Below are positions 39,530-50,023 of a DNA stretch of 64,000 nucleotides, piece after piece. This DNA comes from Nitrospiraceae bacterium (GTDB lineage Bacteria; Nitrospirota; Nitrospiria; Nitrospirales; UBA2166): NCBI GenBank assembly GCA_002726235.1, contig PBSN01000008.1:448635-512634 (forward strand). Reading direction: 5' to 3'. How positions within the stretch are numbered: position 1 is the stretch's first letter; each line of letters begins with the position of its first letter. Under the pieces are notes generated by a model, which ran no database searches, was not told the origin of the DNA, and saw nothing but the letters and a program-made list of their open reading frames with translations. Both the position numbers and the translations under genes were made by a program.

Positions 39530-40200
39530 ACAATCCCGGCTTCTGTACGATGATGCTTGCATGCGACTCTTCTCCGTTTATTATTCGCTTAATACGCATG
39601 ATAATACAAGCTTCGAAGTGATGTAACAGCTCATTGGTGTCCAGCAGATACTGTCGCGTAAATGTCGATCGATATTTCAAGTGATCAACACTGTGGGTTT
39701 CCGCGACCGCCATGTCTCCAAATTTTACTGCAACTTTGATATGTGAATAAATCCTGTTGTATGTACTACGACACGATAATCACGTCGCACATATTCTGTT
39801 TAAGCGTGATCCCCTCCAAGGCAATCACGCGAGTCTCAATCAACACATTCTTTGCTGAGGCAAGGCTTTAGGCTTTTGCAACCCGGCTTGTGAAATATCG
39901 ATGCCCATGACCTGAAATCCATCAATGCAAGAAACACCCCGTTGCACCCCTCCCCCATCGCAATATCAAGAACCTTACCTTTCAAAAGAAGCCCAACATA
40001 TTGCTTGAGAAATGGAATCTCCTTTACCAAAAACATAGCAATCCGTCGCATACTTTTCATTCCACCGATCCTTGTCCGTGGGATTAGCTCCTGCTCCCAC
40101 CGAAACAAACAAGACGAGCGAGGCAATCACTATGACAGTTGCTTCCACGCTTCTCAGTCTCCTAAAACCGTATGCTGACACCCAAAAACGTGCGGGGAAA
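39530..40200 (-). pseudogene. Frameshifted TehB-like class I SAM-dependent methyltransferase
   Basis: Pieces in different frames: DKDRWNEKY..YVFGK, KVLDIAMGEGCNGVFLA, and AETHSVDHLKY...YLLDTNELL...ASIIVQK. Confidence 0.72.
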
Positions 40201-40420
40201 TTGCCGCCCATAGCAATCATGTGGTATTGCATATCGTCTTCAATATGCCCAGTTTATCGACAAGGTTGCCTCTCCAATCCTCGGACAGAAACTTTCTGTT
40301 GATCACATGATCAATGGTAGTTTTATAATTCAAAGGAGAGTATGATTTTACTTAGCGAGGCGACAGACTGCCGCACTTCGAACGACAACGAACCATCAGA
40401 GTTCTAGGAGGGAGGACACC

Positions 40421-41179
40421 ATGGCCAGACATCTCATTTGCAGCCTTGTTTTCCTTACACTGGGATTTATCGTGCCAACACAAACATTCGCAGAATCACT
40501 CCTTGATCTTGCACTTCACGATGCTGCGAAGAAAGGGTCCGTCGCCGAAATTGATGGCCTTATTAGCGCTGGTGCCAATGTCAATTCGGTTGACGAGGCA
40601 AAAACTACGCCATTGCATCTGGCAGCACTTGCTGGATACGATGCTGTCGCACGACGATTAATCTTTGCCGGAGCACAAGTCAACATCAAAAATGACCTTG
40701 GCCTCACGCCTCTTCACGTCGCCGCAGACCGTGGCCATCTTCCAGTAACCGATATGCTGATTGCCGCAGGCGTAGATATCAACGCCAAAACGAATGATGG
40801 AAAGACCCCCTTACACATGGCAGCATTTTTTGGGCATAAAGCTGTGGTGACTCGCCTTATTGATAAAGGCGCAAATGTCGATACCGAAGACAAGGGCGGA
40901 ACCACCGCGCTTCACCTCGTCGCATTTCATGGTCGAGAAGATGTTGTAGATCTGCTACTTGCCAAAGATGTTAACGTGAATGTGAAAACCCTTGACGGTA
41001 TCACCCCTCTCCACGTTGCAGTCGTAAAATCCCATCACCAAATCGCAATACGACTCATCGCAGCAGGGGCAAATGTGAATGCCAAAGACAACGATAATGA
41101 GACCCCGTTACATGTCGCGACAATGATAAGCAACAAAAGCATGGTGGAATTGTTAAAAAAACATGGCGCGACAAAATAA
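40421..41179 (+). CDS. Secreted ankyrin repeat protein (about seven repeats)
   Basis: Signal peptide; repeated TPLH..A...G....V..LI..GA.VN at 33-aa period; GGAGG RBS. Confidence 0.93.
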   Translation: MARHLICSLVFLTLGFIVPTQTFAESLLDLALHDAAKKGSVAEIDGLISAGANVNSVDEAKTTPLHLAALAGYDAVARRLIFAGAQVNIKNDLGLTPLHVAADRGHLPVTDMLIAAGVDINAKTNDGKTPLHMAAFFGHKAVVTRLIDKGANVDTEDKGGTTALHLVAFHGREDVVDLLLAKDVNVNVKTLDGITPLHVAVVKSHHQIAIRLIAAGANVNAKDNDNETPLHVATMISNKSMVELLKKHGATK

Positions 41180-41371
41180 CCGGCTGAGAGTCCATCATGA
41201 AAGAGCCAGTCAAATTGACTGGAGACAATTGTGGGGTGATCCGAAAAGCGTGCCGCCTCTATCCTCCCGATATGAGGATGTCCATACGCGAAGTACGTGA
41301 GCATGACAACGGGTCAAGGCGTTTCTGTCGACCTCTGTCGACAGCCCGATAGATGCTAACAAAGCGTTGCT

Positions 41372-42736
41372 ATGACCATGAACGCCAAACAGCTTAAAAG
41401 CTACATTGATGCTGCGAAACCTCGCTTCGAGGAGATGCTTGCTGAACTGGTCGAAACTCCATCAATCAGTGCAGATCCGCAATATTCCGGAGACGTCCAT
41501 CGATCAGCAAAGCTTGCCGCGCAGTTTTTCAAACTTCTTGGTGCAAAAGTACGCATTATCCAGACAGGAGGATATCCTGTCGTCTCTGGAGGGTGGACCA
41601 TTGATTCTCGTTTTCCAACGGTCACTATCTACAATCACCTTGATGTCCAACCCGCTCAAGAGCTGCAATGGCGTCATTCCCCATTCTCATTTCGAAAAAA
41701 TGGCGACATCTACTATGGGCGAGGCACCACAGACGATAAGGGCCCAGCCATCACGGCGTTGCTTTCCGCCCAATATGCGGCCGAGGCAGGGCTCCCGATC
41801 AATGTGCAGTTCTTATGGGAGTGTGAGGAAGAAATCGGAAGCCCGAACTTTGGAGATGCCTTCAAGCAAAAGGGACTCATTCCCAAGCCCAACTCAGTTC
41901 TCGTCTCAGACACTATCTGGATTTCTCGAACACGGCCTGGCATTCCATATGGACTCCGTGGGATGCTCGGGGCCAGACTTTGCCTCCAGACAGGACAGAA
42001 TGACGTTCATTCAGGCGTAACCGGAGGTGCCGCACGAAACCCGCTTGCCGAGTTATGTGCCGTCGCCGCTGCCTGCGCAGATGCACGTACTGGTCGTGTA
42101 AAAATCCCAGGTTTCTACAACGCAGTGATTCCACCATCTCGGAGTGAGCTTCAAGGCTTCCTCGCTTCGGAGTTTCGGGTCACGCACTTTAAGAAAACCC
42201 ATGGCTTGCGTGCAATTCTGACGGAAGACCCCGCAGATCTGCTCAAACGAATTTGGGCACGGCCAACCTTTGAAGTACACGGCCTTCTTGGCGGCTACAC
42301 TGGTCCCGGAATCAAAACTGTGATCCCTGGCCAAGCGGAGTTAAAAGTCAGTATGCGTCTCGTCCCAGACCAGAAGCCCCAACAAATCCTCAAGTTACTT
42401 CGAGATTTTGTAGCGAAGATAAACCCTTCAGTCCGCGTCCAAGGCGAAGGTATGCTTCATCCCTATAAAAGCTCAATTACCAGCCAATATGCTAATGCTG
42501 TCCGCGAGGCGCTCAAAGAAGGATTTGGCAAAAACCCTGTCTTTATTCGAGAAGGCGGATCCATCGGTGCCATTCCAAAGCTCGCCAAGCAATGGAACGT
42601 CCCCATTGTCTTCCTAGGTCTCAGCCTTCCTGAGCACGGCTACCACGCACCAAACGAGCAATTCGATTGGGGTCAAGCGAAGGGAGGCATGCGAGCATTC
42701 GTCTCTTACTTTTCGAAACTAGCCAACATGTCCTGA
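41372..42736 (+). CDS. M20/M25/M40 family metallopeptidase (dipeptidase-like)
   Basis: YNHLDVQP, GRGTTDDKG, EEEIGS, HSG, GGSIG, HAPNE. Confidence 0.92.
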   Translation: MTMNAKQLKSYIDAAKPRFEEMLAELVETPSISADPQYSGDVHRSAKLAAQFFKLLGAKVRIIQTGGYPVVSGGWTIDSRFPTVTIYNHLDVQPAQELQWRHSPFSFRKNGDIYYGRGTTDDKGPAITALLSAQYAAEAGLPINVQFLWECEEEIGSPNFGDAFKQKGLIPKPNSVLVSDTIWISRTRPGIPYGLRGMLGARLCLQTGQNDVHSGVTGGAARNPLAELCAVAAACADARTGRVKIPGFYNAVIPPSRSELQGFLASEFRVTHFKKTHGLRAILTEDPADLLKRIWARPTFEVHGLLGGYTGPGIKTVIPGQAELKVSMRLVPDQKPQQILKLLRDFVAKINPSVRVQGEGMLHPYKSSITSQYANAVREALKEGFGKNPVFIREGGSIGAIPKLAKQWNVPIVFLGLSLPEHGYHAPNEQFDWGQAKGGMRAFVSYFSKLANMS

Positions 42737-43144
42737 CCGCGCCAGCCATACCACCCGAGCGCCCAAAGCCAAATCCACCAAAAACCCATGCCCTTGAGAC
42801 TAAAAACTTTCCTCCATCCCCGGTGTGAAACCTCGAGAGATTTGCATTGAACCGCGAGAGTCCTTCATGCCTCCTCTTCAGTTTTCGCGCGAGAAAGCCA
42901 GATTTCTCAGCTAGACTAAGGATATTAAACCACTGCAATGAGCCAGGCAAACAAACTCCGTCCCGAAAACAACTAGGACACATTGCACCCAAAACACCAG
43001 CATCAATCGCATACGGCATACTGCATGAACTCGTCAAAGAAAACCTCAGGGTCTCACGGGAGCACTGTTAACCATGCATACTTGCAACCTTCTCGCTCTA
43101 TTGTGTATTGTCAGATGCTTACACAACACCGAATCGAAAAACCG

Positions 43145-46100
43145 ATGAACATCCCACATATCAAGCATTGCGGTACCAGGATCAGTCAGCATGTTGTTCT
43201 GACTATGTTGCTTACCGCTCTCCTCTCCCTCTCCCTTGGCTCACAGATGTCCTTGGCATCGTTTATGACGTTCGAGAGCGGCCAGGTTCGCCCACTTGCG
43301 CTCTCGCCAGATGAGACTCTCCTTTTTGCAATCAACACACCAGATAACCGCATCGAAGTTTTCAGTGTTGACGATGAAGGAATCAGCTATCGGCATTCGA
43401 TCCCAGTAGGAATGGAACCAGTTGCGGTGGCAGCACGAACGAATACCGAAATATGGGTGACCAACCACCTGTCAGACAGCGTCTCAATTATCGACCTCAA
43501 CTCAACACCACCACGCGTGATCAGGACGCTCCTGCTTGGCGACGAACCTCGTGATATTGTCTTTGGTGGGCTTGACAAACGCCGCGCCTTTATCACCACC
43601 GCACACCGTGGCCAACATCGCACCCACCCATCCATTGCTTCTGTACCCGGAGCCGGAGACCCGCAACTCACCACTCCAAGTATTCCACGCGCCGACGTCT
43701 GGGTGTTTGATGCACTCAATCTTGGAGAAACGATTGGGGGAACCCCGTTAAAGATCATAGAATTATTCGGAGATACCCCACGCGCCCTTGCCGTAAACCC
43801 CGACGGAAGCACCGTCTATGCCGCTGTATTCCATTCGGGAAATCAAACGGCAACGGTAACTGACACAGCGGTATGCGACACCAACGATACCAACATCGCC
43901 AATAACATCGTCGAAGGTCCCTGTCTGGTTTCAGGAATTCCCATGCCAGGAGGAATGCCACTGCCTCACCACAATGCCAACGGCGATCGACGCCCTGAAA
44001 CAGGTCTTGTCGTAAAGTTCGACAACACGGCCAGTGCATGGCTCGATGAACTTGACCGCAATTGGAACAATGCAATTCGCTTTCACCTCCCCGATCTCGA
44101 TGTCTTCGCTATTGATACGACGACACTCGAGGAAACAGCCTCCTTCGCCCACGTTGGCACCATACTCTTTAATATGCTGGTCAACCCGATAAACGAGAAG
44201 GTGTATGTTTCAATGAGTGACGCACACAATGAGGTTCGCTTCGAAGGATCGGGCGCGTTTGTGCAAGCAGTGGGAGCAAAGCCGGACGAAGAGCCTACGT
44301 CAGTCCAAGGCCATCTGCACGAAATGGGAATTACTATCCTCGACAGAACGCAAGTTCTCCCTCGCCACCTCAATAAACATATCAATTATGATGTACGTCC
44401 AGCTTCGCCAGAAGTAAAGCAACATAGCTTATCCACTCCCCTGGGCATGGCTATTTCAAGAGATGGGACGACGCTCTATGTCGCCGCATTTGGATCCAGT
44501 ACAATCGGAGTATTTGACACAGCTGAGCTCGAAACTGATACGTTCGATCCAACAACCACAAGTGCAAACTACATCAAGGTAAGCGGAGGCGGTCCAAGTG
44601 GGGTTGTCCTCGATGAAACACGCCAACGTTTATATGTGCTCACACGGTTTGACAACTCTATCTCAGTCATCGATCTTACAACCCGAAACGAAACTGCTCA
44701 CATCGGAATGTTCAATCCGGAGCCTCTCCACGTCATCAACGGACGTCGTTTCTTGTACGATGCACCATTGTCATCGAGTAACGGCGAAGCCTCCTGCGCG
44801 AGTTGTCATATATTCGCAGATTTTGACAGCCTCACTTGGGATCTCGGAAATCCAGATGGCCACGTCGTGAACAATCCGATTGAAATCAAACGACAAGGCC
44901 CCCCAGAGCTATTCCCTAATATCAACGGCACAGGAAATGTGCCAGAACTCCACCCAATGAAAGGGCCCATGACCACTCAGACCATGCGTGGCATGGCTAA
45001 CAATGGTTCGATGCACTGGCGAGGCGATCGCACAGGTGGAAACGATCCAGGGGGTGATGTGGATGACGAATTTGCCGCATTCATCAAGTTCATTGGGGCC
45101 TTTGAAGGCCTTATGGGCAACGATCCAGCGACTCCATTTCGCGGCAACGACATGGCTGCCTTTGCGAAGTTTAGTTTAGACATCGTTCTTCCCCCCAACC
45201 CTGTGCGACCGCTGAATAATACATTAACCCCATCGCAACAGACCGGACGCGACTTCTACATTAAACCAACAAACCCTGGATTCTCATGCAAAGAATGTCA
45301 TAGTCTTGACCGGCCCTTTGGCCAATTTGGCGCCGATGGAACGGTCGGGTTTAAAAACGAACCACAGATTGTGAAAATTCCTCATCTGAGAAACATGTAC
45401 CAAAAAGTGGGTATGTTCGGCATGCCGCAAACTCCATTTTTCGATGCAACTACTATGGACCACCAGGGCGATCAGGTTCGAGGGTCAGGATTCTTTCATG
45501 ACGGAAGCATTGATACCCTTTTTCGACTCAATGAGGCTACGGTATTTTCCGAATTGCGCCGCGCAGCGTTTAACACCGACCAAGAGCGGAGAGAGGTTGA
45601 GAAATTCCTTCTGGCATTTGACACTGACCTCGCACCAATCGTTGGCCAGCAAGTGACCCTGACATCCACAAATCCAGCAACCGTTGGACCCCGCATTGAC
45701 CTACTGATTGAGCGTGCACAGACCGATTTCATCCTCCTGAACCACCAAAGACCAACAGAATGTGATCTCATCGTTAAAGGGACAATCAATGGCAAAGCAC
45801 GCGGCTGGGTCATGAACAATAGTACTGGAATGTTCACTAGCGACCGCGCCGATGAGCCTCCTCTTACCGATATAGAGTTGCGAGAGTTTTCCGCTCAACA
45901 AGGGCAAGAACTGACCTACACCTGTGTTCCACCAGGATCAGGGTGGCGGATGGGGGTCGACAGGAACAACGACGGTATTAGTGATGGTAGCGAACGAGCA
46001 GATCTCACCGTGGTATTCACCACTGTGAAGCGGAAGGTCCAATCATCAGGCGACAAGCTCGTGATGAAATTTACGGTGAAAAATATAGGGGAAGAGACAG

Positions 46101-46345
46101 CTCGTGGCCCCTTCCCCATCTCAGTGTTCCTCTCCGATGACAATACACTTGATACTCAAGATCAACTCCTTGAGACATTCACCATTAAACGCATTAAACA
46201 AAATAAGCAGAAATCACGAGTACTCAAACGTAAGGGATTCCCACCGCTAAATGGAAAATACGTCCTCGTCGTAATTGATTCTCCTGGAGTGATTCAAAAC
46301 AGGAATCGCAATAGCAATATAGTTGCTCATCAAATACCGAGATGA
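43145..46345 (+). CDS. Secreted YncE-like beta-propeller / di-heme cytochrome c (bCcP/MauG superfamily) fusion with C-terminal CARDB-like domain
   Basis: Signal peptide; propeller motifs IPVGMEPVAV, VTNHLSDSVSIID, RFDNSISVID; heme motifs CASCH and CKECH; HWRGDR, KIPHLRN, FFHDGS. Confidence 0.8.
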   Translation: MNIPHIKHCGTRISQHVVLTMLLTALLSLSLGSQMSLASFMTFESGQVRPLALSPDETLLFAINTPDNRIEVFSVDDEGISYRHSIPVGMEPVAVAARTNTEIWVTNHLSDSVSIIDLNSTPPRVIRTLLLGDEPRDIVFGGLDKRRAFITTAHRGQHRTHPSIASVPGAGDPQLTTPSIPRADVWVFDALNLGETIGGTPLKIIELFGDTPRALAVNPDGSTVYAAVFHSGNQTATVTDTAVCDTNDTNIANNIVEGPCLVSGIPMPGGMPLPHHNANGDRRPETGLVVKFDNTASAWLDELDRNWNNAIRFHLPDLDVFAIDTTTLEETASFAHVGTILFNMLVNPINEKVYVSMSDAHNEVRFEGSGAFVQAVGAKPDEEPTSVQGHLHEMGITILDRTQVLPRHLNKHINYDVRPASPEVKQHSLSTPLGMAISRDGTTLYVAAFGSSTIGVFDTAELETDTFDPTTTSANYIKVSGGGPSGVVLDETRQRLYVLTRFDNSISVIDLTTRNETAHIGMFNPEPLHVINGRRFLYDAPLSSSNGEASCASCHIFADFDSLTWDLGNPDGHVVNNPIEIKRQGPPELFPNINGTGNVPELHPMKGPMTTQTMRGMANNGSMHWRGDRTGGNDPGGDVDDEFAAFIKFIGAFEGLMGNDPATPFRGNDMAAFAKFSLDIVLPPNPVRPLNNTLTPSQQTGRDFYIKPTNPGFSCKECHSLDRPFGQFGADGTVGFKNEPQIVKIPHLRNMYQKVGMFGMPQTPFFDATTMDHQGDQVRGSGFFHDGSIDTLFRLNEATVFSELRRAAFNTDQERREVEKFLLAFDTDLAPIVGQQVTLTSTNPATVGPRIDLLIERAQTDFILLNHQRPTECDLIVKGTINGKARGWVMNNSTGMFTSDRADEPPLTDIELREFSAQQGQELTYTCVPPGSGWRMGVDRNNDGISDGSERADLTVVFTTVKRKVQSSGDKLVMKFTVKNIGEETARGPFPISVFLSDDNTLDTQDQLLETFTIKRIKQNKQKSRVLKRKGFPPLNGKYVLVVIDSPGVIQNRNRNSNIVAHQIPR

Positions 46346-46384
46346 TGAATTGAAACTCGGAATGATGAAGGTCTGCAACACTCG

Positions 46385-46798
46385 TTACAGCGTCGTTTTA
46401 CCCATTTCTAACAAGATCTTCCACTCATGGTCTCGAATCGGCATGACCGAGAGCCGAGATTGCCGCACCAACGGCAAATCAACAAGGACAGGATTTGCCT
46501 TGATAGCATTGAGCGAAACGGGATTTTTCATCGGCTTGACTGCTTGCACATCCACCATTCCAAAACGGCACGATGCATCGGTGGGGTCAGGATAGTACTC
46601 CTTGACCACGATCACGATCCCAACAATCTCCCGCCCCTCATTCGAATGGTAGAAGCACGCGTGATCACCACACTTCATGGCCTTCATATTGTTTGCAGCT
46701 TGATAGTTCCGAACACCGTCCCACGACGCGCGACATTCCTGCAACATCTCATCCCACGAATACGCTGATGGCTCCGATTTGATTAACCAAAAGGCCAT
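46385..46798 (-). CDS. EVE domain protein
   Basis: WLIKSEP, WDGVRNYQA, FYHS, YYPDPT, RLSVMP. Confidence 0.93.
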   Translation of the reverse strand: MAFWLIKSEPSAYSWDEMLQECRASWDGVRNYQAANNMKAMKCGDHACFYHSNEGREIVGIVIVVKEYYPDPTDASCRFGMVDVQAVKPMKNPVSLNAIKANPVLVDLPLVRQSRLSVMPIRDHEWKILLEMGKTTL

Positions 46799-46871
46799 GA
46801 CACCCTCCACTATTTACCAACAAGACGAGAACATATCCAACGTCATCAGATACATCTAACGGACTCTGTTT

Positions 46872-48104
46872 GTGCATAAGCTCGATACCACATTTCAATA
46901 TATTGATACCAACTCCGGGTTGGACGCGCTAATCCCCCGACTTGGACACGCGGAGAGAATTGCACTTGATACAGAAGCGGACAGCCTACACCATTACTTT
47001 GAGAAAATCTGTTTGATCCAGCTTTCGTTTCATGGTGAAGACTATCTCCTTGATCCTCTCTCAAAAATTGACCTCTCCCAATTTCTCAACGTGCTGTCGA
47101 CAAAACCACTGATCATTCATGGTGCAGACTACGACCTCCGAATGCTACGAACCTCCTTTGGGTTTAGACCACAACGTGAGGTCTTCGACACCATGCTCGC
47201 CGCACAGATTCTGGGATACGAGCAATTCGGCCTCGCCGCCTTAATCCATCGTTATCTCGACACTACCGTCACGAAACAAGGACAGAAATCGGATTGGTCA
47301 CTGCGTCCCTTAAACCCCATGCAATTGGACTACGCATACACCGATACACGATTCCTAGAAGTAATTGCGGATCGTATGGGTACCGAGATGGACCACGCTG
47401 GAAGATCCGAGTGGCACCGGGAGACATGTCACGCTTTGGTTATCGCCACCGGCCAAGACACACAACGCAACCCTGATGATGCATGGCGAATCAAACACAT
47501 CGGACAGCTGACACGGCAGCAACTCACATATTTACGAGAGTTGTGGCATTGGCGGGATCAAGAAGCACGACAAGCCGATCGACCTCCATTCAAGATTCTT
47601 AATAATCAACACCTGTTCGCGTTAACCACCTGGGCCGCGTCACATCCAGATCAACTACTAACCAACGACGCGCAGTTGCCTTCCCACATCAAAGGCCGAC
47701 GTTTGGAATTGCTGAAAGCCGCAATACAAAGAGCGGCGGCGCTTCCAGAGCACGAATGGCCACAACAAAAAAAGCGCGCCAAAGCAAAACATATGATTCC
47801 AGACGAAACCCAAGACGTGGACGCACTCCGTAAAGAATGTTCACGGATGGCAAAAGAACTCGGCATTACCGCGTCCGTACTCGCACCCCGAGCCGCACTC
47901 AAGTCCATTATCGGCGCCAAGGCAAAAACCATCGAAGACATCATCACGCACGGACCACTACTACGATGGCAAGCCGCACTCCTTCAACCTGCAGTCACAC
48001 GCATCATGATCGCGCGGGAGCAACGTGAGAACTCTCTCAACATGGTTACCGGTTCCCCGAAGCCATCTTCACCGCCTCAGGCAACCGACGTAACCGCGTC
48101 ATAA
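46872..48104 (+). CDS. rnd: Ribonuclease D (DEDD exonuclease plus HRDC)
   Basis: IALDTEAD, CLIQL, HGADYD, FDTMLAA, SDWSLRPL, YAYTD, WRDQEAR..DRPP. Confidence 0.92.
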   Translation: MHKLDTTFQYIDTNSGLDALIPRLGHAERIALDTEADSLHHYFEKICLIQLSFHGEDYLLDPLSKIDLSQFLNVLSTKPLIIHGADYDLRMLRTSFGFRPQREVFDTMLAAQILGYEQFGLAALIHRYLDTTVTKQGQKSDWSLRPLNPMQLDYAYTDTRFLEVIADRMGTEMDHAGRSEWHRETCHALVIATGQDTQRNPDDAWRIKHIGQLTRQQLTYLRELWHWRDQEARQADRPPFKILNNQHLFALTTWAASHPDQLLTNDAQLPSHIKGRRLELLKAAIQRAAALPEHEWPQQKKRAKAKHMIPDETQDVDALRKECSRMAKELGITASVLAPRAALKSIIGAKAKTIEDIITHGPLLRWQAALLQPAVTRIMIAREQRENSLNMVTGSPKPSSPPQATDVTAS

Positions 48105-49263
48105 ACCAAAGACCGACAGCTGGGCCCGCTGCTAACACCGAAAATGCCACTCCCCATCCAAACTGCTCCACAAGCGAAGGAACCCACCGAATGGTAACCA
48201 CCGTCAGAAGAAACCCAATACACGTCTGCATCGTCAGCGCAGTTCCAACATAACGTTGGTCGCAGAGTTCGCTAACCGCCGTACTGTACTGCGCACTTTC
48301 CGCGACTACTACAAAACCCCACGCGAGACAAATGACGGTTAGAAGCCCGGGGGCAGGAATCGCAAATCCGGCCAGAAGCGCACATGTACCCGAGGCACAT
48401 ATGCTAACAATAGCAATGCAGGTACGACCAAACTTGTCCGCCAATCTCCCCGCAATGGCACTACCAAGTCCGCCAATAGCAATTGCGGAAAACCCAGCCA
48501 CATGAGCTCGACTACCATCCCACCCGGCAGCTTGATAACTGGCCAGTAAGCAGAGCGGAACCCACGCCCACATAGCGTACAATTCCCACATATGACCAAA
48601 GTATCCAAAATTGGCAAAACGGACTGCCTTGTCTTTCCACATGCGACCGGCATATTGCCAGTCAAACTGGCTCACAGCGGGAAGAAGAGGCCCTGCGCGC
48701 ACACCAAAAAACGTAATGATGGCTCCACATACGGCGAGTCCTGATGCGATCACAAGGACCTGACGCCACGGCACAATCGCATCAGCCTTTCCGAACACGT
48801 CAACACCCACAATCAAATGTGGCGCAGCCGAACCCACAGTTAAGGCTCCAACAAGAAGCCCAATGGCAAGACCCCGATCTTCTTTGAACCACGATGCCAT
48901 CAACTTCATCCCCGGAGGATACACTCCAGCCAGCATAGCTCCCGTCAAAAAACGACAGAGCAGAACCCACCCAAAACTCATCGATAGCAGTGCAATGCAC
49001 ACCGTCATCACCGCACCAATGACGGCAGAGATGGCAAAAACCCATTGAGCAGGAAATCGATCGGGAAGATTCCAGAGTGCGCTGGCAAGAGCTCCAAACA
49101 CAAAACCAAGTTGAACACTTATGGTCAGCCACGATTGCTGAGCAGCGTTCAAGTCCCATTCAATGGCAAGCTGAGGAATGACGGCAGATGCGGAAAACCA
49201 TAATGCCATAACGAGAAGCTCCGCCATCGCAATCAACCAGAGAATTCGCCATTTCAATATCAT
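48046..49263 (-). CDS. MFS transporter
   Basis: About 12 TMs; AGVYPPGMK, GYFGHMWELYAMW, GRLADKFGR. Confidence 0.9.
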   Translation of the reverse strand: MILKWRILWLIAMAELLVMALWFSASAVIPQLAIEWDLNAAQQSWLTISVQLGFVFGALASALWNLPDRFPAQWVFAISAVIGAVMTVCIALLSMSFGWVLLCRFLTGAMLAGVYPPGMKLMASWFKEDRGLAIGLLVGALTVGSAAPHLIVGVDVFGKADAIVPWRQVLVIASGLAVCGAIITFFGVRAGPLLPAVSQFDWQYAGRMWKDKAVRFANFGYFGHMWELYAMWAWVPLCLLASYQAAGWDGSRAHVAGFSAIAIGGLGSAIAGRLADKFGRTCIAIVSICASGTCALLAGFAIPAPGLLTVICLAWGFVVVAESAQYSTAVSELCDQRYVGTALTMQTCIGFLLTVVTIRWVPSLVEQFGWGVAFSVLAAGPAVGLWFMTRLRRLPEAVKMASGNR

Positions 49264-49269
49264 AGGTCG

Positions 49270-49308
49270 CTTGAGTCGTTAACTTGAGTCGTTAACTTGA
49301 GTCGTTAA
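49270..49308. repeat. Perfect tandem repeat, 3 x 13 bp (CTTGAGTCGTTAA)
   Basis: Three exact copies at 49270, 49283 and 49296 between the divergent MFS and arfB genes. Confidence 0.92.
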
Positions 49309-49364
49309 GATAATACACGTATAAGTAATTCCTCACATACACATTTCACGGAACACACCGAGCC

Positions 49365-49787
49365 ATGATTCCAATCACGCCCACATATTCGATTGATGAA
49401 GCGGCCATTGAATGGCAATTTATCCGTGCATCTGGACCGGGTGGCCAAAACGTCAACAAGGTCGCGACGGCGGTTCAACTCAGATATACACTCCCAGAAG
49501 CACACACGCTCCCAGATGGCATGTATCCCCGATTGGTTCGTCATGCTGGAAAACAAATCACAGAAGGCGGGATAGTAATTCTCAATGCACGCCGATTCCG
49601 ATCCCAAGAACGAAATCGTCAGGATGCTATGGAAAAACTTATCGTACTTATCCGGACTGCGCTCGAACCACCACGGCCAAGGAAAAAAACACGACCAACG
49701 CAGGCATCGCAACAACGAAGACTCGTAGCCAAACAACGGCGTCACATCATTAAACAATTACGAAGAACTGTGACTCATGTACCCTGA
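49365..49787 (+). CDS. arfB: Alternative ribosome rescue peptidyl-tRNA hydrolase ArfB
   Basis: RASGPGGQNVNKV, RSQERNR, basic C-terminal tail. Confidence 0.95.
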   Translation: MIPITPTYSIDEAAIEWQFIRASGPGGQNVNKVATAVQLRYTLPEAHTLPDGMYPRLVRHAGKQITEGGIVILNARRFRSQERNRQDAMEKLIVLIRTALEPPRPRKKTRPTQASQQRRLVAKQRRHIIKQLRRTVTHVP

Positions 49788-50023
49788 CCAAAATCCATAT
49801 ACTTTACTCCTCAATGCCACCATCATTTTCAAGAAAGTGAATCCTTTGCATACAAAATAGCCCCTCACACGCAAATCTGTCCCATTGGCACCCCTATTCG
49901 TCGACGATACTTCACATCTCCTCATGAGTCCGGATCGTCTCTACACTCTCACCATTCCGGTCTTCAGCAAACTCAGAATAAATTCTACGAAGACACTCAA
50001 GTATTTTCCTCTGGAAGCAGCGT

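Noticed and set aside
49270..49308. Possible CRISPR array or HspR HAIR site (contains CTTGAGT)
   Set aside because: There are no spacers, the unit is only 13 bp and there are no cas genes; the ACTCAAG half-site at N7 spacing is absent
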